NCBI GenBank assembly: GCA_963700285.1
Contig: CAVOXA010000010.1
Span: 2,016,001 to 2,080,000, forward strand
Length of the DNA: 64,000 nucleotides
From: an uncultured Chloroflexia bacterium
GTDB taxonomy: Bacteria > Chloroflexota > Anaerolineae > JAAYZQ01
Reading direction: 5' to 3'
The translations under genes were made by a program, and so were the position numbers. The notes under the pieces were generated by a model that did not search any database, was not told the DNA's origin, and saw only the letters and a list, made by a program, of their open reading frames with translations. Below, one piece after another: positions 50,283-60,032 of the stretch. Position 1 is the first letter of the stretch. Each line of letters starts with the position of its first letter.

Positions 50283-51004
50283 TTGGCGGTGTCCCCCCTT
50301 TGGCTAGTGCCAGAACCTGAGGGCTTGGGTAGGATGCCCCCCCGCCGGGCCACTTGGGCTCGGACGGACGACAAGCAATCATCAACTCCCCCTGTCACCG
50401 TTTCTGGACTGAGTCGCAACGCTTCCGGCGTTGAGGTCTGCGACTTGACGCTGGCTACTTCGACGGCCACTATGCCATTGCGGCAAGGCACCGCCAGCTC
50501 GGCGATATACTCGATGCCGGACTCGTGCACGGGGTAGCAGCGCTCTGGGGCAAGGCCCGATTCCCGCAGGGCATGGTACAGGCGATCTACGAACTCCCCT
50601 CCCTCTGCATAGAGGTCGTTGATCTCCTCTGCTGCCTGGAACCGGTCCCAGGTAGTATAGATGAACGCGATGCGCCGCCATCGCTGGCTGGGGATGGGCG
50701 GAACCCGCCTCTGGAGCGGGCCCAACTGGAGCTTGTAGTAGGGCTCGGCGGCGCGGGGGTGATCCGGTTCGTGAGGCAGTAGCTCGCGACGGGTGAGCAA
50801 TTCGTGGCCGAGGTTGCGCGCGTAGTGATGGATGGCCCATTTTTCCTGGCCAAAGCCTGCTGTAAAGTAAAAGGCCACGTACTCGAAAAAGGCGCCACGC
50901 CCAGCTTTGCTCTCAGGCAGGCGGTACCATCTTTGGTCGCGGGCGATCTCAAAGTCATCCGGGCGGTTCATCACTGCAACAAGAACCCTGTCTTCTGGGT
51001 ACAT
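50279..51004 (-). CDS. Hypothetical protein: possible EVE/PUA-like N-terminus plus degenerate DUF559-like C-terminus
   Basis: RVLVAVMN..DFEIARDQRWYRLP...YVAFY...AI.HYA...PYYKLQLGPL; LYHALRESGL.PE..Y......AELAVPC....VAVEV. Fold calls are by eye. Confidence 0.55.
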   Translation of the reverse strand: MYPEDRVLVAVMNRPDDFEIARDQRWYRLPESKAGRGAFFEYVAFYFTAGFGQEKWAIHHYARNLGHELLTRRELLPHEPDHPRAAEPYYKLQLGPLQRRVPPIPSQRWRRIAFIYTTWDRFQAAEEINDLYAEGGEFVDRLYHALRESGLAPERCYPVHESGIEYIAELAVPCRNGIVAVEVASVKSQTSTPEALRLSPETVTGGVDDCLSSVRAQVARRGGILPKPSGSGTSQRGDTAK

Positions 51005-51111
51005 TTGTAGATCCGCCTTCAGGTCGGGTGAACTGTCAACAGAAGCTCTCCGGCAGTCCGCTGCGCCTGCCCAATCTTGGCTGGGTATCCAACGCGATCG
51101 GGATTTGCTGT

Positions 51112-53466
51112 CTAGAGTCGCGCAGCATCCAGGTCGGCTTGCAATTGGTCCAATCGGTCCTCTCGTTCGCGGACAAACCGCTCGATCCCTGCCAATATCC
51201 ACTGGGGCGATAGGTGTGCTTCCTCGATTACCTCCTCCAGTGTTCCGCCAGTGCGCCAGCGATCGTCCCAGTCGGAAGACAATGCATACGTCTCAGATAC
51301 CTTGCTAAACAGCCAGTCGTGCATCAACCAGCGGGCTTGGGTGGTGATCACCGTCGAGTCTACCCGGTCACGGGCAGGTAGGATCTGTTCTTTGTATTCG
51401 GACGACTGCATAGCGAAAAGCTGGGGACTGATGGCAGCCACGATTTTCACGTCGAGCTCGCGCTCTTCCAGCTCGGGCAGAAGCTTGATGATGTTGGCCA
51501 TGGCACTGGTCCCCTGAACGATCAGCGTGCCACCGCGCGGCCTTCCCGGTTTATAGTCTCGTACCAGGTAGGCGCCTTTGGCTGCCTGGAAATGTGAGGC
51601 CATACCTAGCGCTTCTCGGTCGGGAATCTCGATGGCCGGCCGGGTAAGGTGCAGAGCGATGATCGGCACATCGGTTTCCAGCGCAGCGCCCAGGACGACT
51701 GGTACCTCGTTGTGCTCCCAGGGGTGGAGATTGATGATCTGTCCCTCGGGAAAGAGCTGGGTAACACCGGGGGCGAAAATGCCAAAGTGGGTACGTGAGT
51801 CATCGGCTGTCTCAGGGCCGGAATGGCCAGCGACCCACAAGACCTTGCCCATCTTGAGCTGGCAATCTTGGGTCATCTGGCTAAAGAGACGCAGGAGGCC
51901 ATACTTCAAGTAACTGAAGGAACCGTAGGTCGAGGCTGCGCCATAGAAGCCATCAAAGTTGGCTTCAGGATCTTCCGCTAGATTCACCGAGGCTGCTCCG
52001 GCCATGATGCCGGCGTTGGCAAACTCGGTGATGCCCTGCGGCAGCATCACGCCTTCAGGGCCGCCCCTGCGTTCATACCAGCCATAGCCCTCAAACTCGT
52101 CCCATGGCTTCCCAAAGCCACTGATGTTTGTCGAGTCAGCCAGGTCGGCCGAGCAGGCCAGAAAGATCGGCCGGTCATATTCTTGATGCCCAAAGCCATT
52201 GACCCAAGCCCCCCACTTGGCAAGGGCGTTGCGATTTGCAGCTTTGCTTCCAGGAGGCAGGTACATCTCCTTGGGATAGCTCCGATAATCGTAGAGCCGC
52301 TTGTCCTTGAAGGGGTTCCCTCTATGGCCGATGCGCAGGGCCGCCGCCTCTTCTGGAACTGAATCGCCTCGGGCAACGAGGGTCTCAGCTAAATAGTCCA
52401 CGAGGGCTTGGTCGGATCGTAGGGCGTCGGCAACGACCTTCAAGTTCGCCCCGAATTGGGTTTCCAATGCCCCGGGTTCGGAGGGAGCCGGCTGCCCAAC
52501 GCCATGCCAGTCGACGCCGTACTTGGCCGCAAAATCGGCCTTGGTACGCCAGAACAGCTCGCTGTTGATCTGATGCGGGCTGCCATGGGATTTGTTGTCA
52601 TACTTGTAGTAGCCGCGCCCCTTGCGGGTTTTGACCCAGGTGACACTGGGGCTGCTATCGGGATTGGGTTGCATGATCATCTGGAGGATGGCCTGCGTCA
52701 CCGGCCCCCATTCACTGCCCAGTTCAGCGCCAAATACACGCCATCCGTGAGACGCGAACCATTCTGTGGGCGTACCATGGACTACGGTGCTGAGTGCATG
52801 ATCGTCAATGCCAAAGTCATTCCAGTCCACGACATAGTACAAGTTGTCTAGGGCCAATCCCCATGCCGAGTTCATCACCTCGTGGCTGGCACCGGGTGTG
52901 AGGCCTCCCTCACCCTCAAAAGCCCACACTCTGACCCCTCTGGCGCCGGCCCGCTTGAGTGCCAATGCCTCACCCGCAGCCGCGGGAGAGCCATGGCCCG
53001 ATGGCCCGGTGTTGAACTTGAGGAATAGTGTCTTGCCTTCCATTTCCGCGTGACCGGAGAGGCCGCCTTTGCGCCGGAAGCCAAGTAGATCTTGCCAATA
53101 GACGGCGCGGTCCGGGCGAACGTAGTAGCGCTTGTCCCCTGTCTGCTCGTATTTGATGCGCATCGCTTCGTTGAACACTGCCAGAGTGGCATAGATGAGT
53201 GGGATGGTATGGCCGGCAACCAGTACGAACCGGTCGCCATATCGCTTTTCCGGATGACGGATATCCCAGCGCATGGCGCCACTGAGCAAAGTTACCAGCA
53301 GCGCGTGCACCTTGGAGCGCGAGCCGCCAGGATGACCGCTCTGGCGGTAGTTGAGCATCAGGTCAATATTCTGGTCAATCAGATCTTTGGTCCTTTCCCA
53401 ATAGGGGAAAAGCTGGGATAGTTCATGGTAGTGCTGGCTGATCGCTTCATCCTGGGTACGGGTCAT
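51112..53466 (-). CDS. tkt: Transketolase
   Basis: SGHPGGS, DRFVLVAGH, LSGHAE, TGPSGHG, GEGG...N (ThDP motif variant), SADLADST, GITEFAN, HSGPETADDSRTH. Confidence 0.88.
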   Translation of the reverse strand: MTRTQDEAISQHYHELSQLFPYWERTKDLIDQNIDLMLNYRQSGHPGGSRSKVHALLVTLLSGAMRWDIRHPEKRYGDRFVLVAGHTIPLIYATLAVFNEAMRIKYEQTGDKRYYVRPDRAVYWQDLLGFRRKGGLSGHAEMEGKTLFLKFNTGPSGHGSPAAAGEALALKRAGARGVRVWAFEGEGGLTPGASHEVMNSAWGLALDNLYYVVDWNDFGIDDHALSTVVHGTPTEWFASHGWRVFGAELGSEWGPVTQAILQMIMQPNPDSSPSVTWVKTRKGRGYYKYDNKSHGSPHQINSELFWRTKADFAAKYGVDWHGVGQPAPSEPGALETQFGANLKVVADALRSDQALVDYLAETLVARGDSVPEEAAALRIGHRGNPFKDKRLYDYRSYPKEMYLPPGSKAANRNALAKWGAWVNGFGHQEYDRPIFLACSADLADSTNISGFGKPWDEFEGYGWYERRGGPEGVMLPQGITEFANAGIMAGAASVNLAEDPEANFDGFYGAASTYGSFSYLKYGLLRLFSQMTQDCQLKMGKVLWVAGHSGPETADDSRTHFGIFAPGVTQLFPEGQIINLHPWEHNEVPVVLGAALETDVPIIALHLTRPAIEIPDREALGMASHFQAAKGAYLVRDYKPGRPRGGTLIVQGTSAMANIIKLLPELEERELDVKIVAAISPQLFAMQSSEYKEQILPARDRVDSTVITTQARWLMHDWLFSKVSETYALSSDWDDRWRTGGTLEEVIEEAHLSPQWILAGIERFVREREDRLDQLQADLDAARL

Positions 53467-53775
53467 GGTCGTCTCCTTGCAGGATAGAACTGGCGTATGG
53501 GTACCTTCTCCGACCACATTCTATAGGAAGAGCCGACCATGGTCAAGCTGGCATCACTGCTCTGCTGGTTCGGCTAGAACTTGACTGGTCAGGGCCCTTG
53601 GCCTATACTATCTACACGCTTTATGCCATTTTCAAAGCACTGGTCCTCATTATCGATGGGGCGTCTGCTTTGATGCCCTCCGGTTGAGGTGAAGCCATAT
53701 ATCGAGCATCGAATCCCTGGTTGAGAGAGCGCCAGAGGCCAGCAGCATGCCAGAGAGGCCCATAGGAGTTGCACC

Positions 53776-54498
53776 ATGCCCGAACAGCGACAGTTCATCA
53801 TCATTGATCCCAGAGACAACGTAGCGACTGCCATTGTAGACCTCCGGGCTGGGGATAGAATGGAGGACGGAGCGCGAGTTATTGTTCTCGCCGGCGATGT
53901 TCCATTTGGGCACAAATTCGCCCTCGCGGATCTCTCAGAAGGCGAGTATGTCATCAAGTATGGCGTACCGATCGGCCGCGCTACTGCCTTGATTCGCGGA
54001 GGAGACCACGTCCACGTGCACAAAGATGCGAATCCCACGCCGGGGAATATCGCCGGTGGTTTGACCACGTTGGTCGAAAAATCGCTAGGCGGCGTGCGCA
54101 AGGGTGGGACTGCTCCGATTCAGGGTGTCTTGGTGCCAGGCGAGCAGGTGCGGGGCAGGAGATTGTGGGTCATGGATACGAGTATGGGCTTGGGTGCCTG
54201 TGGTAGCTCGGATATGCTGGCCGGCGGCGCGCAGATCATGGCCTACACCACTGGCCGGGGCAACCCGATAGGGTCTCACCTTGGGCCGGTGATAAAGATC
54301 ACTGCCACCCGGCGGACAGTCGAGACTCTGCCCGACATCATTGATTTCGATGCCAGCCCGGTGTTGTACGGGGAAGAAACCATTGAAGCGTGCGGTATGC
54401 GGCTCCTCGACGAGTTTGTGGCGGTGGCCAACGGCAAGCTCACCCGAGCTGAGGAATCGGGCCACACTGTGTTCGCCATCGGCAAGATGGCAGTTTGA
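53776..54498 (+). pseudogene. UxaA/GarD-family dehydratase with a large in-frame internal deletion (SAF domain joined to the C-terminal part)
   Basis: SAF: DNVATA...VPFGHKFAL...VIKYGVPIG...HVHVH, directly followed by NPTPGNIAGGLTTLVEKSLG...TTGRGNP...PVIKI. Confidence 0.7.
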
Positions 54499-54747
54499 GG
54501 GCCACTCGAAAAGGTTCTCTGCTGCATTCCACCCATGCTGGCGTCGCCCGAACGTGATGGCGCAGGAAACCAATGGGTAGCCATTTGGCCAATCTCTGAG
54601 ACCGTGAGCGTCACTGGTCAGGGATATGGCAAGCATCTGTCGCTAGAACCGGAGACGGTTAGATGGGGCGGATCGTCAATCCCAAGGCGATGGGAGGGGA
54701 CTGGCACGGTGCCTTCCTTGTTCCTGCGCGGCCCGACCAGGCAGCTA

Positions 54748-56991
54748 TCAGCATTCGCTCAGAATGCGGTCCACCACCAACTGGCGGAACTCTGGGGACA
54801 GGCTGGCAAAGTAAGCGCTGAAGCCGGTCACGCGCACGACCAGATCAGGGTACTTGTTCGGGTCGTTGTGAGCCTCTAACACCTGGGTGGCGTCCATGAT
54901 ATTCATGTTGATCTGCGTTCCCCCCAGATCAAAGTGAGTTCTGATCAGATTGGCCACATGCTCGACGCCGTTGGTATTGTCGCAGAGGCTCCTGTCCAAC
55001 TCAATCTGCATCGGGGCTGTGTTTCCATAGCCTGGCTGGACGGAGGCGATGGCCACGGCCATGGCCGTGGGTGCGGCGTCCCTGCGAAAGCCCGGATCGG
55101 GATTGGCCCCGTGCGAGATAGGGGCGCCTGCCCGCCGGCCGTTGGGCGTAGCTCCTACTTTCTGACCCAGCGGGATCGTATGGGCCCAGGAGAACAAACC
55201 TGGAAGCATCTTGAACCCGGTCGGGGTTGGTCTCTCGACAACCAGGTCAGAAAAAGTTCGCACAATGCGCGATGCGTATTCGTCGGCCAGGGACCGACCT
55301 TTGCCGTAACGCGGGATGCTGCGCATCATCAGTCTCGCCCGTTCGCCGTCGGGGCCGGCCCAGTCGCTGTCCAGGTAGGCCAGAAGCTCATCCCAAGTCA
55401 GGCGCTGTTCCAGCGCCACCCTCTGCGCAATCGCGGCAAAGGAATCGGCGACGGTGGCCAGCGCTGCGCCGTCCACCCCAAAGTTATAGTACTCTACTCC
55501 ACCATGGGAGGCGTCGATGCCTTTTTCGATGGGGCCATGACAGCAAAGGTCGAGGACCAATTCGGGGAACACCTGGTGCATATGCTCCACGTGGAAGTCC
55601 AGTCCCTCGGCAATGGCTTTCACCGCCAGTCGTAGATGGCGTACGAAGCGTTGCCACAGTTCCTCGATCCCTGGCTGGGTCTGGGTGTCGGCCATCATCT
55701 CTTTCAATGCGTACTCAAAGATGGAGGCAAAGTTGATCTTGATGCAGTCGTTCAAGGAATACTCGCGCCCAGGTAGGGACGTCCACTGGCAGCCGGCGTA
55801 GACGCGCTCGCGGCCAAGTTCCACAGGGAATCCGCTGCGGGCAAAGCCTTGCGTCGTTCGGTCGACGCCCAGGAACTTGGGAACGCCGGTCTTGTCTTCG
55901 AACAGGATCTCGACTCCCCGATGTAGCAGACCGGGATCGACGTTGTCACCCACACTCACGCCAACATTGGCCGGGGTTTTGAGGCGATGCGCAGCCTCAA
56001 GGACGAGGTAGGAGAGCTGGCTGGTCACATCTCGACCGTTTCTGTCTGGCCCGCCCAATTGGAGGTAGGCCGTGTCTCTCAGCAGCAGACAGGCGATGTG
56101 AAAGATGGCTTCCTCGTCCGTCAAGATGCCTTTGGCCATGTCTCGTTCGTAGAAGGGTTGCAGTAGCACGTCGAGGCGGCCTAACGAGCCACTGCCGTTG
56201 TACATGCGAGCCGTGATCTGGAACCACAGAATCCACTGGCACGCCTCGCGAAAGGTCTCAGGTGGTTCCGTCACCAGACGTTCGTTGATGGAAGCTATTT
56301 CTTTCAGGTTGGCCCGCAGCTGCGGCTCTTCTTCGCCCTCGGCCATTTCGCCAGCGGCCATGGCATGGCGCTGGATCCAGTTCTGTATGCCCAGTACAAC
56401 GTCTTCCAAGCCCTGGTAGAAATCTGCGCCTCGGGGGGCATTGAGTTGTCTGTGGCGCCGAATCTTGTCCAGGATGCCGCCCCATCCCAGGTCCAACCCG
56501 ATGCGGAGATCTTGGCTGAAATGCTGCATTGCGCCGATGCCGTGCAGCAGCTTGTACCTCTCATGTGCTTCCACCAGATGCGGTTGCAGCTTTAAGGGAT
56601 CAAGATCAGGATTCCAGTGCGGTTGGCGACAGGACGCAAAGTTGACCATGTAGCCGCCGGCCAGCGAGCTGATAGGGTCTATGTACGTTGGGTGACTCTC
56701 CAGCAGTGCGCGAAAGTTCTCACCACACGCACTGGGTCCAAAAAAGCCGCCGCTGGGATGGCTACTCTTGACCTCAAAGTCTCGCAAGGTACAGTCAGTG
56801 ATCAGCATACCAGACGAACTCTTTGTCTCCACAATCTTTCTACGGTCACTCGGCGGCAGGATTTGCGCCCAATCGTCATGATCCATCGAACCCAGCACTT
56901 GCTGCTTTTCTGCGGTCTGGTGCTGCTTGGTGAGCCGAAGAATGTCTATCCTTTGCTGATAGGTGAGTTGTTCCGGTACTGATTCCGTCAT
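54748..56991 (-). CDS. Glycyl radical enzyme (PFL superfamily) of unknown reaction
   Basis: PPETFREACQ, SLGRLD, LQLGG, Cys loop YAGCQW, GATPNGRRAG.PISHG.NP, C-terminal YPDLVVRVTGFSAYF. Confidence 0.92.
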   Translation of the reverse strand: MTESVPEQLTYQQRIDILRLTKQHQTAEKQQVLGSMDHDDWAQILPPSDRRKIVETKSSSGMLITDCTLRDFEVKSSHPSGGFFGPSACGENFRALLESHPTYIDPISSLAGGYMVNFASCRQPHWNPDLDPLKLQPHLVEAHERYKLLHGIGAMQHFSQDLRIGLDLGWGGILDKIRRHRQLNAPRGADFYQGLEDVVLGIQNWIQRHAMAAGEMAEGEEEPQLRANLKEIASINERLVTEPPETFREACQWILWFQITARMYNGSGSLGRLDVLLQPFYERDMAKGILTDEEAIFHIACLLLRDTAYLQLGGPDRNGRDVTSQLSYLVLEAAHRLKTPANVGVSVGDNVDPGLLHRGVEILFEDKTGVPKFLGVDRTTQGFARSGFPVELGRERVYAGCQWTSLPGREYSLNDCIKINFASIFEYALKEMMADTQTQPGIEELWQRFVRHLRLAVKAIAEGLDFHVEHMHQVFPELVLDLCCHGPIEKGIDASHGGVEYYNFGVDGAALATVADSFAAIAQRVALEQRLTWDELLAYLDSDWAGPDGERARLMMRSIPRYGKGRSLADEYASRIVRTFSDLVVERPTPTGFKMLPGLFSWAHTIPLGQKVGATPNGRRAGAPISHGANPDPGFRRDAAPTAMAVAIASVQPGYGNTAPMQIELDRSLCDNTNGVEHVANLIRTHFDLGGTQINMNIMDATQVLEAHNDPNKYPDLVVRVTGFSAYFASLSPEFRQLVVDRILSEC

Positions 56992-57128
56992 GGTTAAGAA
57001 TGGCTCCTGTCCTGCCAGATCTCGGCTGAGCTTTGGTCTGAGCGTGGGGTACTCACGATCCTCGAGTTGGACTACCACAGCCTTACCGCGGGCGATAAGC
57101 CCTGGCCTACTCCTGCGTGTTGTCGGGC

Positions 57129-58070
57129 CTAGTCACGGTATGTGACCCCGTGGGAGAGAGCTATCCGCTTCAATTGTTCCATCTTGCCTTTTGTTGGAGC
57201 CTCCAGCTTGTTCGCTTTATAGTCCCAGCCGAGGCTCTGGTATTTGTCAGCGGCCAGCCGGTGGAAGGCCAGCAACTCGAAAGCAGGCGGAGGCACCTCC
57301 GTCCCTTGGTTTTTGCTTTCCAGCCTGAGATCCGCCAGTTGCCGCACAAAGGCGGCGATGGCGCCTATTTCTTCCGGGGTGTCGTTGATTGTGGGCACGA
57401 CGGGCACACGAAAGAGGACAGTTTTGTCCGTCTGCATCAACTGCCGCGCATTGGCCAGAATCCGCTCGTTAGGAACACCCGTCGCCGCACGATGCTTGTC
57501 GGAGTCCATGTGTTTGAGATCCATCATAACCAGATCGGTGGTTGGCAAAAGCTCGGCCAAGCTCCTCCAGGGGCAATTGGCTGTTGTCTCTATCGCTGTG
57601 TGGATTCCCTCAGCCTTACAGCGTTCCAAAATCGTCCGTGCAAACGCTCGCTGCAACAGCGGTTCGCCGCCCGACAGAGTAACCCCACCTCCGGAGTTGG
57701 CGTAGAAAGCAAGGTCCTGCAGTACCTCGGCCATGACCTCATCTATACTCATCACGCTCCCGGTCAGCTCCAGCGCTCCCGCATAGCACGTCTCTGTACA
57801 CCGACCACAGGCCTGGCACACACTCCGGTCAAAGTCATGCGCATCGCGTTCCAGGACGTGCGCTCCCTCGGGACACACGAGAACGCAATCACCGCAGCCG
57901 ATGCAGCGTTCTGGGTAGAACTGGACTTCCGCCGTAGCGCGAATACCTTCTGGATTGTGGCACCAGAAACAGCGCAGCCAGCAACCCTTCAGGAATACGG
58001 TGGTACGGATTCCCGGTCCGTCGTGGATAGAGAACCGTTGGATGTTGAAAACAGTTCCGGTCCTGACCAT
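57129..58070 (-). CDS. Glycyl-radical activating enzyme (radical SAM with ferredoxin insert)
   Basis: IQRFSIHDGPGIRTTVFLKGCWLRCFWCHNPE; CIGCGDC..VCP and CQACGRC...C; GGGVTLSGGEP. Confidence 0.95.
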   Translation of the reverse strand: MVRTGTVFNIQRFSIHDGPGIRTTVFLKGCWLRCFWCHNPEGIRATAEVQFYPERCIGCGDCVLVCPEGAHVLERDAHDFDRSVCQACGRCTETCYAGALELTGSVMSIDEVMAEVLQDLAFYANSGGGVTLSGGEPLLQRAFARTILERCKAEGIHTAIETTANCPWRSLAELLPTTDLVMMDLKHMDSDKHRAATGVPNERILANARQLMQTDKTVLFRVPVVPTINDTPEEIGAIAAFVRQLADLRLESKNQGTEVPPPAFELLAFHRLAADKYQSLGWDYKANKLEAPTKGKMEQLKRIALSHGVTYRD

Positions 58071-58088
58071 GTACGCCTGCAGTGCCCT

Positions 58089-58469
58089 CTACATCGCGGC
58101 CAGTGCCGCAAAGTAGGCCTTCAACCCTTGGGCGTCGCGGTAAAGGGGAGGGACGATGCTACTGATTCCGTCTGCGCCCGACTGTTGAGCGTGCGGTGCT
58201 AGGTCAACCGCGTCGTGCAGGGCCACAGAGCCGACTTGGACGATCACCGGTATGCGCCCACGGACTTGGTCCAAGGCGGCTTCGACGATCAACTTGTGCT
58301 CGTCCATGGACATGAAAATGCCCTGGCCTGTGGAGCCGCAGAGGTAGAGGCCACCCGCTCCTTTTTCGATAAAAAACTCGGCCAGGCCGCTCAATACTAC
58401 GACATTGACCGTGTTCTCGCTGGTAAACGGCGTGACAAGGACTGGCCACGCGCCACTGAACGCCGCCAT
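58089..58469 (-). pseudogene. Truncated DHDPS/N-acetylneuraminate-lyase family aldolase (N-terminal 126 aa only)
   Basis: LVTPF...GLYLCGSTGQG...GRIPVIVQVG...GADGISSIVPPLY, then a stop before the catalytic Tyr/Lys region; the activase start follows 19 bp later. Confidence 0.75.
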
Positions 58470-58754
58470 TGCTGTCCTCTGGTGCCAGTTTATCAAGTAC
58501 TCCCACCTGGCTGTAACCTGCCGCTGTGGCACGCGACTGTTTGCCAGCTCAGGCCAATCTGGGATCACCTCATCGGCTGTTCTGTTCTCAATTGTACCAG
58601 GAAAGGGGAAATGTGAAAAGTTACTCATTTGTGGATGTCCAGACGGGCAGCTCCGATCTAGCGCAATGAGCGCTATGGCTTCACCAGCAAGTCTCGGCTA
58701 GACCGCGGGGGTAGTGGGCGTGCTTCTGGTAGTTGGGCTCGCATGCTGCCGAAC

Positions 58755-60014
58755 TCAACCCATCACTGAGACCATCGGCACTAACCTTGCCAGCAACAAC
58801 GATCTCAGGTCCTCGGGTTCAGACTGTTCAATACGCAACGTTTCGCTGCTGTGGAAAGCCATGAACTCGCGCAGTGCACCAGAGATTCCGGCCAGAAGTT
58901 CGTCGGTAATGGGCTGGCCCGGCTCCAGGTAGATGGCGCGGACGATGAGGGTCTTGGTCTTTCGGTCAGCCTTGGGATCCAGGCGACCAACCAACCGGCC
59001 CTGGTGTAGGATGGGCAGGACGTAGTAGCCGTACAGGCGCTTGGCGGCGGGCAGGTACATCTCGACCCGGTAGTAGAAATCAAATAGGTCCTCGACCCGC
59101 TGGCGATCCCAGATCAGGTTATCAAATGGGGACAAAAAGGTCGTCAGGTCTGGCTGGTACAGGCCAGCCTGGATGTCGCCGATAAGCTTGAGATCCGCGG
59201 GAACGAGATATGCCTTGTCTTTCCAGCTTTCTACCTCAGCCGGCAATAGAACATCTTCTGCTACCAGGGAGCAAACAGTGGCCTGGGTGGCCGTCTTTTT
59301 CTGGCGGTAATAGTCACTGATCTGACTCACAGTGGCTACTCCCAGGCAGGAAGCGCTGCGAAGGGTTGCCCATCGCTGATAATCGGCCAAACTACGCCGC
59401 GGTACCGGTACCTCTGGCAGGACGCGCTCAGCCAAGTCATAGTATCGCTGGAAGCCTTCCCGGCGATCTACAGCCAGGTGGCCCCTATTAAACAGGATCT
59501 CCAGGGCGATCTTGGCCGGCTTCCAATCCCACCAGGTGCCCCGCTTATCGCGTGGGTCCTCAAAATCCCTGGAAGCCAGCGGTCCCCGCTCGCGAGTCTC
59601 GGCCATGACGGCGTCCAACATGCCTTGGGGATCGTTGCCCAGGCGCGTTTCTGTCTGCTTGTGCAGTGGGCGTTCCCGGCGGGCCAGGATAGCTGGGCGA
59701 AAGTGGGAATAGCTTTCCACTGGGATGAGACAGGCAGCGTGAGCCCATTGTTCGAACAGGCGCCGGTCCGGGTAAAGCAGGGCATCCAGGTCAGCAGGCT
59801 CGTAGGGGCCCACACGGCTGAGCATCACCAGATAATGGCTGCGGGCTACGACGCTGATGGTGTCGAGTTGTAGGAGGCCGATCCGGCGTACAATGTCCAA
59901 TAGGGTCCCCTTATCAGCAGTTTGGGGACGGCGATGAAGGCCCTGCTTTACCACGCTCAGGATACGGACTGTGTCCAGTGACAGCTTGATTGGGCTGGGT
60001 TGTGCTGGTGGCAT
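58755..60014 (-). CDS. YcaQ/AlkZ-family (HTH_42) crosslink-repair DNA glycosylase
   Basis: LLQLDTISVVARSHYLVM.SR (QxD), FEQWAHAAC, WWDWKP.K, LSPFDNLIWDR.R...F.FYYR.E.Y.P..KR.YGYYVLPIL. Confidence 0.9.
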   Translation of the reverse strand: MPPAQPSPIKLSLDTVRILSVVKQGLHRRPQTADKGTLLDIVRRIGLLQLDTISVVARSHYLVMLSRVGPYEPADLDALLYPDRRLFEQWAHAACLIPVESYSHFRPAILARRERPLHKQTETRLGNDPQGMLDAVMAETRERGPLASRDFEDPRDKRGTWWDWKPAKIALEILFNRGHLAVDRREGFQRYYDLAERVLPEVPVPRRSLADYQRWATLRSASCLGVATVSQISDYYRQKKTATQATVCSLVAEDVLLPAEVESWKDKAYLVPADLKLIGDIQAGLYQPDLTTFLSPFDNLIWDRQRVEDLFDFYYRVEMYLPAAKRLYGYYVLPILHQGRLVGRLDPKADRKTKTLIVRAIYLEPGQPITDELLAGISGALREFMAFHSSETLRIEQSEPEDLRSLLLARLVPMVSVMG

Positions 60015-60032
60015 TGGTACCTCCAAGCGCGC

